A stretch of DNA of 33,001 bases. Source: a virus (lineage: Duplodnaviria; Caudoviricetes). This document shows positions 13,201-23,858 of the stretch, piece after piece (positions within the stretch are counted from its first letter, which is position 1; the number at the start of each line of letters is the position of its first letter). The translations under genes and the position numbers were made by a program. A model generated the notes under the pieces. The model did no database searches. It was not told where the DNA came from and saw nothing but the letters and a program-made list of their open reading frames with translations. The stretch is from positions 1 through 33,001 of the IMG/VR virus record IMGVR_UViG_3300032229_000638. One strand, 5' to 3'.

Positions 13201-16200
13201 TTTCTGGGTTGTCAACATCAGTATATTATTATGTCTCTAAATTGGATGAAGATTCTTTTAGATTATACAATGCAGGATTGGGAGGAACTGATGCAACCAA
13301 CTATTCTAGAAAAAGTAATGTACTTTTTACTGGAATAGGATCAGGATATCAATATTTTAGTTATCCACCAATTACTGTTACAGCTAATATTGTTCCAGTA
13401 GGAATAGGATCTTCTACACCAACTTCATTAACAGCAACAGCATCTGTAAGGGGAAAAATTATTGATGTTTATTTGTATGAAAATGGTACTGGATATGGAT
13501 CAAATATCCTGAATCTGGAGAAAAAACCACTGATCAAAGTTAAAAAAGGATCTGATGCAAAATTTACTCCAGTTGTAATTAATGGAAGAATAGAATCGGT
13601 CAATGTTGCTTATGGTGGATATAATTATTATTCTGTTCCAGATGTTGAAGTTCAGGGAACTGGAGATGGTTGTATTGTTAGACCAGTAATTAAAAATGGA
13701 AAAATTGTAAGTGCAGTAGTGGTTAATCCCGGTTTTGGATATACTGCTAGCAATCTTAGTTTTAAAATTACACCTGCAGGGTCTGATGCGGTTTTTGAAG
13801 CATCTGTCAGATCACTGACAGTTAACTCTAATTTTAAATATGGTGATGAAGTTATTATAAAATCTCAATACAACAGAAACTTAGAATATAGTGTATCTGG
13901 TTACTTTGATAAACTTAAAACCAATTTTAATGACACTAATCAAAATAATCATTCTCCAATAATTGGATGGGCTTATGATGGAAACCCAATTTATGGACCT
14001 TTTGGGTATTCAGATCCAAAAGATACTGGATCTTCTGTAAAGATTATTAATTCTGGTTATGAATTAAATGCATCAAATATTATTGATAGACCATCTGGAT
14101 TTGATGCTGGATTCTTTGTTGAGGATTATATTTTTAGAAATAGTGGAGATCTTGATGAATCTAATGGAAGATTTACAAAAACTCCAGAATTTCCCAGCGG
14201 TGTCTATGCATATTTTGCTGGAGTTACTACTAGTGCAACAGTAAGCAACGAGTTAATAAGTCGGTTCCCTTATTTTATTGGAAATAAATTTAGATCAAAG
14301 TTTATTCAAGATAATCTTATCTTAACTCAAGAATATGATTTTAATAATTCAAATTTAATCAGAAATACTTTTCCATATAAATTAAACGATTCTAATGCTT
14401 CAAATGATTTTATTATTGAATCAGCAAAGAAAATACCTCAAAAATGCGTTGTAAAATCAGTAACTAAAGGATCAATTGAAAATCTCAGAATAATTAGTGC
14501 TGGTCAGGATTATAAAATAGGAGATTTGATTGATTTTGATAATTCATTTACTGGTGGTGGTGGATTAAGTGCAGAGGTATCAAAAATTGAAGGAAAAGAT
14601 ATCTTTAGAATTAACACAAATATACAAAACTATAATAATGCAATTGTTACTTGGGAAAATGAAAATCAAGTTAGAGTTAATATTCTTCCTGCACATAATT
14701 TAATTCAGAATGACAATGTTATAATTTCTGGATTAACTACTAATATTGGCAGTATTAATGGATTTTATAATATTGGATTTAGTTCTTATTCAACATCAAT
14801 TGCTAAAACTGTAAGTGCATCTCCATCTGCTGGACTAGTAACAGATATTTACTTCTTAAGTCTTCCACCAAAAGTTACAATTGGTAGTAGTATTTCAATT
14901 GGAGTAGGAACTGATATATTCAGAGTTTTAAATATATTTCCTGAACAAAAAGTTATTAGAACTCAAAGAATTAATGCTGGAGCAGCACTTTCTGCAACAA
15001 CATTTGCTGGATTTACACCAAATTCTTTTGTAGTTAATAAAAAAACTAATTATTTTGAATCAAAATTAAATGATGTTGTATATTTCAATCCTTTGGAAAC
15101 TGTGGGATTTGGAGTAACAACCACTGTTGGTATAACTTCAAATACTACATTTGTATTTGCTGGATTAACGACAATTAGATCAATTCCTTTAAGATCAATT
15201 TATATTGAAAATCATCCATTTGTTGATAATCAACAAGTTACAATTAGTTTGCCTGATAATTCATATTCTCCATTATCAGTATCAACTTCTTTTGGCGGAT
15301 CGGTATTTACTATTCCATCTGGTTCAATTTCAACAACAGTTTATATTGCAAATAAAACTAAAGATACAATTGGAATTAGAACTCAATTAAATTCTCCAGA
15401 AGTATTTTTCTCTCCAAATACTTCTGGAACCTTTAATAGTTATTTTTATTCTTTAACTTCGAACTTTAAACAATCTTTAGGAAAAGTACAAAAAATTCAA
15501 GCAGTAGTTTCTACAGCCACCACACATGGATTAACTGACGGTGATAGTATTGATCTATTTGTAACACCCAATCTTTCTGTTGGTATTGGAACTTCCACCT
15601 CAGTAAAAATTAGATATGATTCTTCCAGACAAAAAGTTTTAGTTAATCCTTTAACTTTTGGGAGTGCAGGTATTAATACCCTTTCAGATACTATTACTAT
15701 TAGATCTCATGGATTTGTAACTGGAGATAAAGTTGCATATGTAGGTATTTCTACCATTGCTGCACCTACAGGCATTACTACAAGTGATTATTATGTATTG
15801 AAAATTGATGATGATACTTTCCAATTGTGCCAAACCTATAATGATACCCAATCTAATCCACCATCAATAATTGATATACAAGATCAAGGGGGTGCACTAC
15901 AACAATTATCATTAATCAATCCTCAAATTTCTGTAATTAAAAATAATGATTTAGTTTTTGATGTAAGTCATCCATCTCTTAGAGGTTACAATCTTAAGTT
16001 TTACTATGATAATGCATTCAAAAATGAATTTGTATCTATTGGAAACACCACTATTTTTGCAGTCTCTGGTGTAGGTACTATCGGAGTATCAACCAATGCT
16101 CAAGTTAAATTAAGATATTCCTCTGGAATGCCAGTTTACTTGTACTATAATTTTGAAAAGTCTGGTTTTATTAGCACAGCAGATTCTGATGTTTCTAATT

Positions 16201-19200
16201 ATTCTAAGATTTTATTTGTAGATAGTTCTTATACTGGTACATATTCAATATCTGGTGTTGGAAGTACAAACACATCCTTCAATATTTCTTTACCGCAAAT
16301 TCCAGAAAAACTTTCCTATACTCCTTCAGAATGTGATGATTTATATTATAGAACTAGATCAAGAACAGCTTCTGGTTCAATTTCTTCATTAAAAATACTT
16401 TCCGGTGGAACAAATTATAAAAAAGTTCCGAATTTTAATACTGTAATCTCCGAAAAAGGAAGTGGAGCATATATTGTAGCAGAATCTAATAAAATTGGAA
16501 GAATTAATCAAGCATTAATTATAAATGAAGGATATGATTATCCTTCAGATAGCACATTGTCTCCAACGGCATTTATTCCACCATCTGTTATATTATCATC
16601 TTCAAATATAATTAAAAAAGTTGATGTTGTTAATAGTGGAAAATATTATTCGGTAGCTCCTGATTTAATTTTAATAGATTCAGATACTAATCAAAAAATT
16701 AATAGTGGACTATTAAAAGCAACTGTAAATGCCAGTGGAGTAGAAAGAGTATCTATTGTTGTACCACCAACTGGAATTCCGGATACAGTTCCAAAAGTAG
16801 TTGCTATCAACAATTCAAACGGAGTAAGTATTGATAGAGTTGTAACTTCTGGAACTGGAATTGTAACTTGTTATCTAACTACTCCAATATTAGGATTTTC
16901 AACTGTTCCATTTACAGTAGGAGATTTAGTATTTGTTGAGAATATTCAACAATACAGTAGCGGAACAAGAGGATATAACTCTACAGATAACAACTATCAA
17001 TTCTTCACAGTTACAAGATATTTAAATACTAACCCAGCTCAATTAGAATACACAATTTCAAACATTGGATCAAATCTAGGGATTGCAAAAACAGCACAAG
17101 ACTCACTCGCCTCAATTATAAAATATTCAAATTATCCACAATTTAAAATTACTCAAGAACCAGCAAAATTCCTAATAGGCGAAAAATTACTTGTTAAACC
17201 GCAAAATGAAAATTCTCTCATAGAAAGAAATCTATCAGTAAGTATTTCTGAAAATAATTTTATTAAGGTTATTGGTACATATGATCTATCGATTGGTGAT
17301 CTAATTTTTGGTAAAACAACAGGATCTACTGCTGTAGTAAATGATGTTAAATCTAATTCGGGAAAATTCACTCTAAATTATTCCGCCAGTAAAGAACTTG
17401 GATGGTCCGATAACACTGGAAAAATTTCAGAAGATTTTCAAGTTATTGCAAATAATGATTACTATCAGGATATGGCTTATACAGTTAAAAGCCCTATCCA
17501 ATTTAAAGACTTAATAACTCCTGTTAATAATCTATTACATACAAGTGGTTTGAAGAATTTTGCAGATACTGGAATTACATCTTCTTATAAAACTGCCTTA
17601 ACTGGAGTTACAACTGCTTTTGCACTAATTGATATTAAAAATTTAAATAGAGTAGATACGATTAATAACTTTGATTTAGTGGTTGACTATAATATAGTAA
17701 ATGGAAAATCTAATTTTGTAAAACTATTGAATAAAAAATTACAAAGTTTTATTCAATGTTCTACAAACAGAGTTTTAAGAATTGATGATATAAGTTCCCA
17801 ATTCTCAAGTTTAGGATTGTCAGTTTCTGATCAAAATAATATTGCTGAGATTTTATCAAATGATACTTATGATAGATTTTTAGTACAGATTATTGATACA
17901 ACTAAAAAACAGTTTCAATTTACTGAAATAGTTACATTAAATAATCTCTACGGTCAAGGTAATTTTGTAGATCTCGAAAAATCAACATTAACAAATGGAC
18001 CAAAAGTTGGAAATCTATATGCATTTACAGATGATCTAGGAAATAATTATCTAAGATTCGATCCGACAGATTCTTACAATTATGATTATGATATTAAAAT
18101 CTTAAGAAATAATTTTTCATCCGTTTTTTCTGGTATTGGTAGTACATCAGTTGGATTTGTAAATCTTCTTGCAACAAACAAAATAGTTACTTCTGGAATT
18201 ACAACTGCAATTGTATCTATTGCTACTACTGTTCCAGTCACCATTCATGCAGCATCTCAAGTCATAAATGATGTTACATCAGAAATGGATTATGTTGAAA
18301 TTTATTTAATATATGATGGATCTGATACTTATATTGCAAATTATTATTTTAATTCAAACACAAATAGATGGAATTTTTCATTCGGAAATCTAGGATCTTT
18401 CTCTGCATCATCTGATGCCAATTATGTTTATTTAAATTATCAAAATAATAGTGGTAGACAAAATACGGTTAGAACAAAAGTAGTAAGTTATGGATCGACT
18501 ACAGGATTTTCTGGAATTTCAACATATAGATTTATTAATAGTGGACAAATATCAGGATTAGAAAGATCTGCAAGATATGAATCAAACTATTCAATCGTAT
18601 CTGCAGCATCTACAATTCTATCATTTAATAGTGATGATATTTCCTGTGTTAAATCTTCAGTTCAGGTGAGTGTTGGATCAACTTCTGTTCTACATCAAGT
18701 CATGATGTTACATGACAACATTGATACCTATGTTTTGCCTTATGAGTATTTGTCAGTTAAAAATGTATCAGGAATTGGAACATTTGGTGGATCTTTAAAT
18801 GGATCAACTGCGAATTTAGAATTTTATCCAGATTCAGAATTTATTGGAAGCAATATCAACATTCAAACATTTAGTGAAATCCTTTATACTGATGTTGATA
18901 GAGAAAATACTTATCCAGATTTAAATTATGGTTCAATAATAGAATCAATATCTCCATCACAATTTTCTGGAGTTAATGGATCTAGGGTTAATAAAACAAA
19001 CTTTACTTTAAAGTATAAAGATACTCCTATTTTTGAAAAAGTATTTAATCCCACAGATAGTTCTGTTTTAGACCCATCATCTGGACTCTTTATATTTAAT
19101 GACCACTTCTTTGTCACTGGTGAAGAAATTAATTACCTCCCAACTTCAACTTTCTTAGGTGTTGGTGCAACGGCTATCGGAATTGGTTCTACATCTAATT

Positions 19201-22200
19201 TTGCAGGAATTGTAACTGATAAACTTCCACCAAAAGTTTATCCCATTAAAGTTACAAATGACACTTTTAGATTATCTACAAGAAAAGATTATGCTTTAGC
19301 AGGAATTTATGTTACATTTACTTCTTATGGATCTGGAAATGCCCATAAGTTGACAATGAATAAGAAATTGGAAAGAACTATAATTTCTATTGATGGAGTA
19401 GTTCAGTATCCAATTGCATTTAGTCCGATTAATTTTAATCTTAATAGTAATGGTGGATCTATAAGTGTTGCAACTACTTATTTTGCTTTAACGGGTATTT
19501 CATCAATTAAACCAAATGATATATTAAAAGTTGATGATGAATATATGAGGGTTATAAATGTCGGATTTAGTAGTTATTCTACTGGTCCAATTACAGGACT
19601 AGGAACTATTCCTGTAGTTAATGTTTCAAGAGCATATGTTGGATCTTCTGCAACTTCTCACTTCGATGGTGTAAATGCAAGAATTTATAGGGGATCTTTT
19701 AATATAGAAGGGGGGCAAGCTTATTTTACTTCTCCCCCATTAGGAAATATCTTAAGTAAAACTGATAAGAGTAATCTTGTTCCTGCTAAATCTACTTTTG
19801 ATGGAAGAGTATATTTGAGAAGTGATTATTCAACAAATCAAATATATGATAATATTTCTGACCAGTTTACTGGAATTGGTCAAACATATAGATTAACGGT
19901 TCAAGGTATTAATACTACAGGATTAGGAACTATTGGTGGTAATGGAATTTTATTCATTAACGATTTATTCCAAACACCATCAACAGTTAATAACACTCTC
20001 AACAATTTCTCAATTCAAGAAAATGCAAATATTGGTATCACAAGTGTCGTATTTACTGGAATAACTTCAGATAATGGTCAATTAGTTAGGTCTGATTATG
20101 ATGTAAATGCGAATCAATTACCAAGAGGTGGTGTTATTATTTCTTTAGGTTCAACTGATGGTATTGGTTATGCACCACTTGTTGGGGCAGCAATAACTGC
20201 AACCGTAGATGGTGTTGGTAGAATTACTTCTATTGGAATTGGAACAAGTGGAAGTTGGGGATCTGGTTATAATTTTTCTGGATCAATTGGAATTGGAATT
20301 TCTGATGATTATCACTCTCTGCAACCAGGATCTCTCCCGGCACTTATAACTGCAAATGTTGGTGCTGGTGGTACATTAATTTTTAATATTCTTGCTCAAG
20401 GTGATAGATATACACCTCAAGCTAGATTCCAAATTCCATCACCAAGTTATTCAAACTTACCAGTAAATATTATTTCAAGACTTTCAACGGGAACAACTAG
20501 TATTTCTGGTAGAGGTTTACTTTTAGATGTTTCTGTTGCAGCTGCAACAACTGCAGTTGGTGTTGGATCCACTTATTTCGCTGTAGAATCTTTCAAAATC
20601 GTAAGGCCTGGATATGCTTTCGAAAGAGGTGATATTTTAGAACCAGTTGGTCTAGTAACTGATAGTAGACTTGCTGCTCCATTATCTAAGTTTAGACTAA
20701 CTGTTCTTGATACATTTACAGATTCATTCTCATCATGGCAATTTGGAGATTTGGATTATATTGATTCGGTTAAAATTTACCAAGATGGTGTAAGAACTAG
20801 ATTTCCACTTTATTATAATCAACAACTTCTAAGTTTTGAAGTTGACCAAAATAATCCAGATTCATCAAAAATTGATTTAAATGCGGTTCTTCTTATTTTT
20901 ATTAATGGAGTAATTCAAGATCCAGGTGTTGCTTATGAATTCAATGGAGGTTCTTCATTTACATTTGTAAATGCTCCACAACCTCAGGACAATATATCAA
21001 TTTTCTTTTACAGAGGAACGAGAAATGTTGATAGTAAACAAGTTTCTGTTCAGGATACAGTAAAACCTGGAGATATTATACAAGTATTTAAAAATGATAC
21101 CGTCTCTGCAATTACAACAAGTCAAAATCCTAGAGTAGTTTTTGATGTTCCAGCTTCCGATAAAGTACAAACAAATGTTTATACTGAATCTGGAATTGAT
21201 ACCAAGTTGTACAAACCGATAAGTTGGACTAAACAAAAAGTTGATCAACAAATTAATGGTCAAGTTTTTTATAAAGTTAGGGATTCTATTGAATCTGAAG
21301 TATATCCAACAGCAAAAATTATTAGAGATTTATCATCTTCTGATTCAATAGTATATGTTGATGATGCTAATTTCTTCAACTATGAATATAATTCCACTTT
21401 AATTCCTATTAATAATTTTGATGGATTAATTGTATCTGGAATGGCAGATCCTGTTTCTGCCGCCTTAACTGCTACTGTTGATCCAGATACTGGATCAATC
21501 TCCACATTAACAATTAATAATATCGGTTCTGGATATACTGGTTCCAGTTTAAATCTTATTATTGGTTCCCCCATGACCATAGGAACAGGGATTGGTACAA
21601 CTGCAACAGCAATTGCAGGAATTACAAATGGATCTTTAAATGGAACTATAACCATTACTAATCCAGGTCTTGGTTATAGTTCAACCAATCCCCCAGTTGT
21701 TTTTACAGCGCCTCCTGCAACATCTTATGAAAACATTAAAGGAGTTACAAGTTTACAAGGATTCTCTGGAATTATTACTGGAATAGGAACAACTTCTGGA
21801 ACATTGGGAAATCCTTTGGCTTTAAGATTCTTCTTAAAAACATCTGCAAATACACCTTTCCCATCTGGTCTAGCAACAGGATTCCCAATTTGTATCTTTG
21901 ATACCACTATCGGTAATGGATTAACTTCTATTGATAGCAGTAACTCTACTATTGTTGGTATAGGTACATCATTCTTAAATAATATTTACAATATTCACTC
22001 GTTTGCATATCAAGGTACTACAAATGTCAATGCTGAGATTATATGTAACATTGATTCAAGAACTTCCATTGTGGGAATAGCAACAACGGGAAATAATCTT
22101 GGTAGATTCTCATGGGGTGTATTGAGAGGATTCTCTAGATCAAATTATCCAATATCAATTGCTGTAAGTGGTTATACAATTAATTCTGGTTTAACTACTT

Positions 22201-22265
22201 TCCCAACAATTCAAAGAAGAGGGTATGGTCTAAGGTTCTTAGGAGCTTTGAAAAAATCTTTGTAG
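10221..22265 (+). CDS. gp7: Giant baseplate wedge initiator gp7-like structural protein (4014 aa)
   Basis: Between gp6 and gp8; N-terminal QLPEF...FLKQYY and FYQSKGTKESFRILFNILYG; internal YYQDMAYTVKS...LLHTSGLKNF; many beta-rich repeats. Confidence 0.85.
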   Translation: MIQTGFDTRIKVQQIIENQLPEFIIDENPNASEFLKQYYTSQEYPGGTTDIVENLDQYLKIDVLSSGVIDNTTKLYSGISSTTTEITVASTKGYPQKYGLLNIGNEIITYTGIAGSTFTGCIRGFSGITSYHSPNDQEELVFSTSSRNPHAVGTAVTNLSALFLKEFYKKTKYSFAPGLENVDFISQLNVANFIKSAKEFYQSKGTKESFRILFNILYGVSPTVLNLGELLIRPSAASYLRREEVVAERISGDPSKIVGQTIVKSTDPATTASVSQVEIFTADNKQYYKLSLFVGYEESSAITGTFTIPGKTKVVEKVSIGSSVVTVDSTIGFPQSGTLICNKNIINYSDRSINQFFGCSGITSSILPSDDIRINETVYAYEDGDLSRKVELRITGVLSGFVQETNNISISENEEIFVKNLGQIITNAQDSNKDYKNIFANAWIYNTSSRYKISQISGSTFTLSSKIDKSSLKEGDKIEILFRGTENLASSILNEPFIQSIDAANNQVIIGNNDGFVYNQNLEYDLRRKVSTVKSSGAPIEFGNNLLTSDIQNVYVDDQQNQIYVASGSLPSYTIEKNLFKSIIPEATGSKSQSEQGKGYLQGFEDESQTFSIISFPDPVPFIRGDEVFYIPESKTIPLLDSGEIYYVDVISSNKIRLYRSRSLVGSSEYVKFRSLDAKTGSQTFILNSQRFQFISSQKLLRKFNLNQNTESTGEETKSGTVGILINGVEIQNYKSDDKVYYGPLTSVKVLNGGKDYDVINPPVLEVTTGTGVTALIQPVLEGSVKNILVDPQDFDLNTVVSVAVTGGNGTGALLQPIIQKRRREVSFDARQISGTSGGLDINNDTITFLTNHNFNTGDSVIYDSNGNNPIGIATNYSNTFDQGIYLASNGIYYISVVNNKTIQLFNSKSNAIAGVNTVPFSVANNNGIHKFKSGVIRNTISEIKVINGGTGYTNRKLIVKPSGISTFNHTVNFINHGFNEKDLIVYNYETSQISGLSTSVYYYVSKLDEDSFRLYNAGLGGTDATNYSRKSNVLFTGIGSGYQYFSYPPITVTANIVPVGIGSSTPTSLTATASVRGKIIDVYLYENGTGYGSNILNLEKKPLIKVKKGSDAKFTPVVINGRIESVNVAYGGYNYYSVPDVEVQGTGDGCIVRPVIKNGKIVSAVVVNPGFGYTASNLSFKITPAGSDAVFEASVRSLTVNSNFKYGDEVIIKSQYNRNLEYSVSGYFDKLKTNFNDTNQNNHSPIIGWAYDGNPIYGPFGYSDPKDTGSSVKIINSGYELNASNIIDRPSGFDAGFFVEDYIFRNSGDLDESNGRFTKTPEFPSGVYAYFAGVTTSATVSNELISRFPYFIGNKFRSKFIQDNLILTQEYDFNNSNLIRNTFPYKLNDSNASNDFIIESAKKIPQKCVVKSVTKGSIENLRIISAGQDYKIGDLIDFDNSFTGGGGLSAEVSKIEGKDIFRINTNIQNYNNAIVTWENENQVRVNILPAHNLIQNDNVIISGLTTNIGSINGFYNIGFSSYSTSIAKTVSASPSAGLVTDIYFLSLPPKVTIGSSISIGVGTDIFRVLNIFPEQKVIRTQRINAGAALSATTFAGFTPNSFVVNKKTNYFESKLNDVVYFNPLETVGFGVTTTVGITSNTTFVFAGLTTIRSIPLRSIYIENHPFVDNQQVTISLPDNSYSPLSVSTSFGGSVFTIPSGSISTTVYIANKTKDTIGIRTQLNSPEVFFSPNTSGTFNSYFYSLTSNFKQSLGKVQKIQAVVSTATTHGLTDGDSIDLFVTPNLSVGIGTSTSVKIRYDSSRQKVLVNPLTFGSAGINTLSDTITIRSHGFVTGDKVAYVGISTIAAPTGITTSDYYVLKIDDDTFQLCQTYNDTQSNPPSIIDIQDQGGALQQLSLINPQISVIKNNDLVFDVSHPSLRGYNLKFYYDNAFKNEFVSIGNTTIFAVSGVGTIGVSTNAQVKLRYSSGMPVYLYYNFEKSGFISTADSDVSNYSKILFVDSSYTGTYSISGVGSTNTSFNISLPQIPEKLSYTPSECDDLYYRTRSRTASGSISSLKILSGGTNYKKVPNFNTVISEKGSGAYIVAESNKIGRINQALIINEGYDYPSDSTLSPTAFIPPSVILSSSNIIKKVDVVNSGKYYSVAPDLILIDSDTNQKINSGLLKATVNASGVERVSIVVPPTGIPDTVPKVVAINNSNGVSIDRVVTSGTGIVTCYLTTPILGFSTVPFTVGDLVFVENIQQYSSGTRGYNSTDNNYQFFTVTRYLNTNPAQLEYTISNIGSNLGIAKTAQDSLASIIKYSNYPQFKITQEPAKFLIGEKLLVKPQNENSLIERNLSVSISENNFIKVIGTYDLSIGDLIFGKTTGSTAVVNDVKSNSGKFTLNYSASKELGWSDNTGKISEDFQVIANNDYYQDMAYTVKSPIQFKDLITPVNNLLHTSGLKNFADTGITSSYKTALTGVTTAFALIDIKNLNRVDTINNFDLVVDYNIVNGKSNFVKLLNKKLQSFIQCSTNRVLRIDDISSQFSSLGLSVSDQNNIAEILSNDTYDRFLVQIIDTTKKQFQFTEIVTLNNLYGQGNFVDLEKSTLTNGPKVGNLYAFTDDLGNNYLRFDPTDSYNYDYDIKILRNNFSSVFSGIGSTSVGFVNLLATNKIVTSGITTAIVSIATTVPVTIHAASQVINDVTSEMDYVEIYLIYDGSDTYIANYYFNSNTNRWNFSFGNLGSFSASSDANYVYLNYQNNSGRQNTVRTKVVSYGSTTGFSGISTYRFINSGQISGLERSARYESNYSIVSAASTILSFNSDDISCVKSSVQVSVGSTSVLHQVMMLHDNIDTYVLPYEYLSVKNVSGIGTFGGSLNGSTANLEFYPDSEFIGSNINIQTFSEILYTDVDRENTYPDLNYGSIIESISPSQFSGVNGSRVNKTNFTLKYKDTPIFEKVFNPTDSSVLDPSSGLFIFNDHFFVTGEEINYLPTSTFLGVGATAIGIGSTSNFAGIVTDKLPPKVYPIKVTNDTFRLSTRKDYALAGIYVTFTSYGSGNAHKLTMNKKLERTIISIDGVVQYPIAFSPINFNLNSNGGSISVATTYFALTGISSIKPNDILKVDDEYMRVINVGFSSYSTGPITGLGTIPVVNVSRAYVGSSATSHFDGVNARIYRGSFNIEGGQAYFTSPPLGNILSKTDKSNLVPAKSTFDGRVYLRSDYSTNQIYDNISDQFTGIGQTYRLTVQGINTTGLGTIGGNGILFINDLFQTPSTVNNTLNNFSIQENANIGITSVVFTGITSDNGQLVRSDYDVNANQLPRGGVIISLGSTDGIGYAPLVGAAITATVDGVGRITSIGIGTSGSWGSGYNFSGSIGIGISDDYHSLQPGSLPALITANVGAGGTLIFNILAQGDRYTPQARFQIPSPSYSNLPVNIISRLSTGTTSISGRGLLLDVSVAAATTAVGVGSTYFAVESFKIVRPGYAFERGDILEPVGLVTDSRLAAPLSKFRLTVLDTFTDSFSSWQFGDLDYIDSVKIYQDGVRTRFPLYYNQQLLSFEVDQNNPDSSKIDLNAVLLIFINGVIQDPGVAYEFNGGSSFTFVNAPQPQDNISIFFYRGTRNVDSKQVSVQDTVKPGDIIQVFKNDTVSAITTSQNPRVVFDVPASDKVQTNVYTESGIDTKLYKPISWTKQKVDQQINGQVFYKVRDSIESEVYPTAKIIRDLSSSDSIVYVDDANFFNYEYNSTLIPINNFDGLIVSGMADPVSAALTATVDPDTGSISTLTINNIGSGYTGSSLNLIIGSPMTIGTGIGTTATAIAGITNGSLNGTITITNPGLGYSSTNPPVVFTAPPATSYENIKGVTSLQGFSGIITGIGTTSGTLGNPLALRFFLKTSANTPFPSGLATGFPICIFDTTIGNGLTSIDSSNSTIVGIGTSFLNNIYNIHSFAYQGTTNVNAEIICNIDSRTSIVGIATTGNNLGRFSWGVLRGFSRSNYPISIAVSGYTINSGLTTFPTIQRRGYGLRFLGALKKSL

Positions 22266-22282
22266 TATCTTAATTAACTCAA

Positions 22283-22290
22283 TATAAATA
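22283..22290 (+). promoter_or_regulatory. T4-type late promoter TATAAATA
   Basis: Exact consensus 17 bp upstream of gp8. Confidence 0.85.
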
Positions 22291-22307
22291 TAGAAAAAAC
22301 TATTAAT

Positions 22308-23855
22308 ATGGCAGCAATTGTAACGGATCAATTTAGAATATCAAATGCCACTAATTTTGTTAACTCTGTAGGAGATCCATCTAATTCTTATTACGTTTTT
22401 GTATCTCTACCAAATCCTTCACAAGTTGGATTTGGTAGAGTTGCCAATTGGGATAGTAATATTCCTAGTCCAGTTGATAGTTTTGACTATATGGACCATT
22501 ATCATGATACTATGATATTTGGTAGATTAATCAATAAATCTAATGTAAGAAGATTAATTAGAAGAATTGATTGGACTATTGGGACAAAATATGAAATGTA
22601 TCGTCAAGATTATAGTATTGCAAATCCTTCACCAATCACACAATCTTATAGATTATATGATGCAAATTACTATGTAATGAATTCTGATTATAGAGTTTAT
22701 ATTTGTATTGACAACGGATCTAGTGGTATTACTACAACAGGTAATGCTTCTCAAGATCAACCAACTTTTACGGATCTTGAACCATCTGCAGCTGGAGTAA
22801 GTGGTGATGGGTATATTTGGAAATATCTTTTTACTGTAAGTCCTAGTGATATTATTAAGTTCGATTCTACGGAATATATTACCGTTCCCAATGATTGGGA
22901 AAATTCTTCAGATCCATCTATCCAAGCGGTGAGACAAAATGCAGATTCTTCTGTAAATCAAAATCAAATTAAAAAAGTTTATATTGCTGATGGTGGACAG
23001 GGGTATTCTGGTGGAGTTGGTCAACAATTTAACATTTTAGGTGATGGATCTGGAGCAACAGTCCTTGTAGATGTTGTTGGTGGTTCAATTGTAAAAACAA
23101 CGGTTACTTCTGGTGGTTCTGGATATACTTATGGGGTGGTTGATACTGGATCAATTAGTGCTAATGCTTCACGAGCAGCAAAATTAATTCCAGTCATCCC
23201 TCCTTCAAAAGGTCATGGATTTGATTTATATAAAGAATTAGGTACAGATAAAGTTTTAGTATATGCACGATTTGATGATTCTACAAAAGATTTTCCAATT
23301 GACACAAAATTTGCTCAAGTAGGAATTGTAAAAAACCCAACTTCTTTTGGGTCAACTTCTAATTTTACTGATACTCAATACTCATCTCTATACGGAATTA
23401 AGTTTTCTTCTTATAGTGGAACAATTAGTGTCGGTGATGTTATTAAACAATCCGTTTCTGGAGGAACAGCTCTTGGTTATGTAGCTTCATTTGATACACA
23501 AACAAATGTTTTAAAATATTTTAGAGATAGATCTCTTTATTATAATCCAACAACTCAAGATCAGACAGATTATATTGGAATTTCTACTGGCGGTAAAGTT
23601 TTAAATTTTGAATCTACATCAAATGCAGTTTTCACCTCTGGTGGATTCCAAGCAGCAGTTGATGTTAATTTTACAGGAATTACTACAAATCCAACCGGAA
23701 ATGCTGTAATTTCTTTAGGGATGAATTTCACAAGGGGGATTGCCAGTCCAGACATAAATAAATCATCTGGAGAAATCATCTATATTGATAATAGACCTTT
23801 GATTTCTAGAAACTCTAGGCAAAAAGAAGACATTAAAATTATCCTGGAATTCTAA
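22308..23855 (+). CDS. gp8: Baseplate wedge subunit gp8
   Basis: YYVMNSDYRVYICIDNG, DGYIWKYLFT and SGEIIYIDNRPLISRNSRQKEDIKIILEF are typical of T4-like gp8. Confidence 0.92.
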   Translation: MAAIVTDQFRISNATNFVNSVGDPSNSYYVFVSLPNPSQVGFGRVANWDSNIPSPVDSFDYMDHYHDTMIFGRLINKSNVRRLIRRIDWTIGTKYEMYRQDYSIANPSPITQSYRLYDANYYVMNSDYRVYICIDNGSSGITTTGNASQDQPTFTDLEPSAAGVSGDGYIWKYLFTVSPSDIIKFDSTEYITVPNDWENSSDPSIQAVRQNADSSVNQNQIKKVYIADGGQGYSGGVGQQFNILGDGSGATVLVDVVGGSIVKTTVTSGGSGYTYGVVDTGSISANASRAAKLIPVIPPSKGHGFDLYKELGTDKVLVYARFDDSTKDFPIDTKFAQVGIVKNPTSFGSTSNFTDTQYSSLYGIKFSSYSGTISVGDVIKQSVSGGTALGYVASFDTQTNVLKYFRDRSLYYNPTTQDQTDYIGISTGGKVLNFESTSNAVFTSGGFQAAVDVNFTGITTNPTGNAVISLGMNFTRGIASPDINKSSGEIIYIDNRPLISRNSRQKEDIKIILEF

Positions 23856-23858
23856 AAA

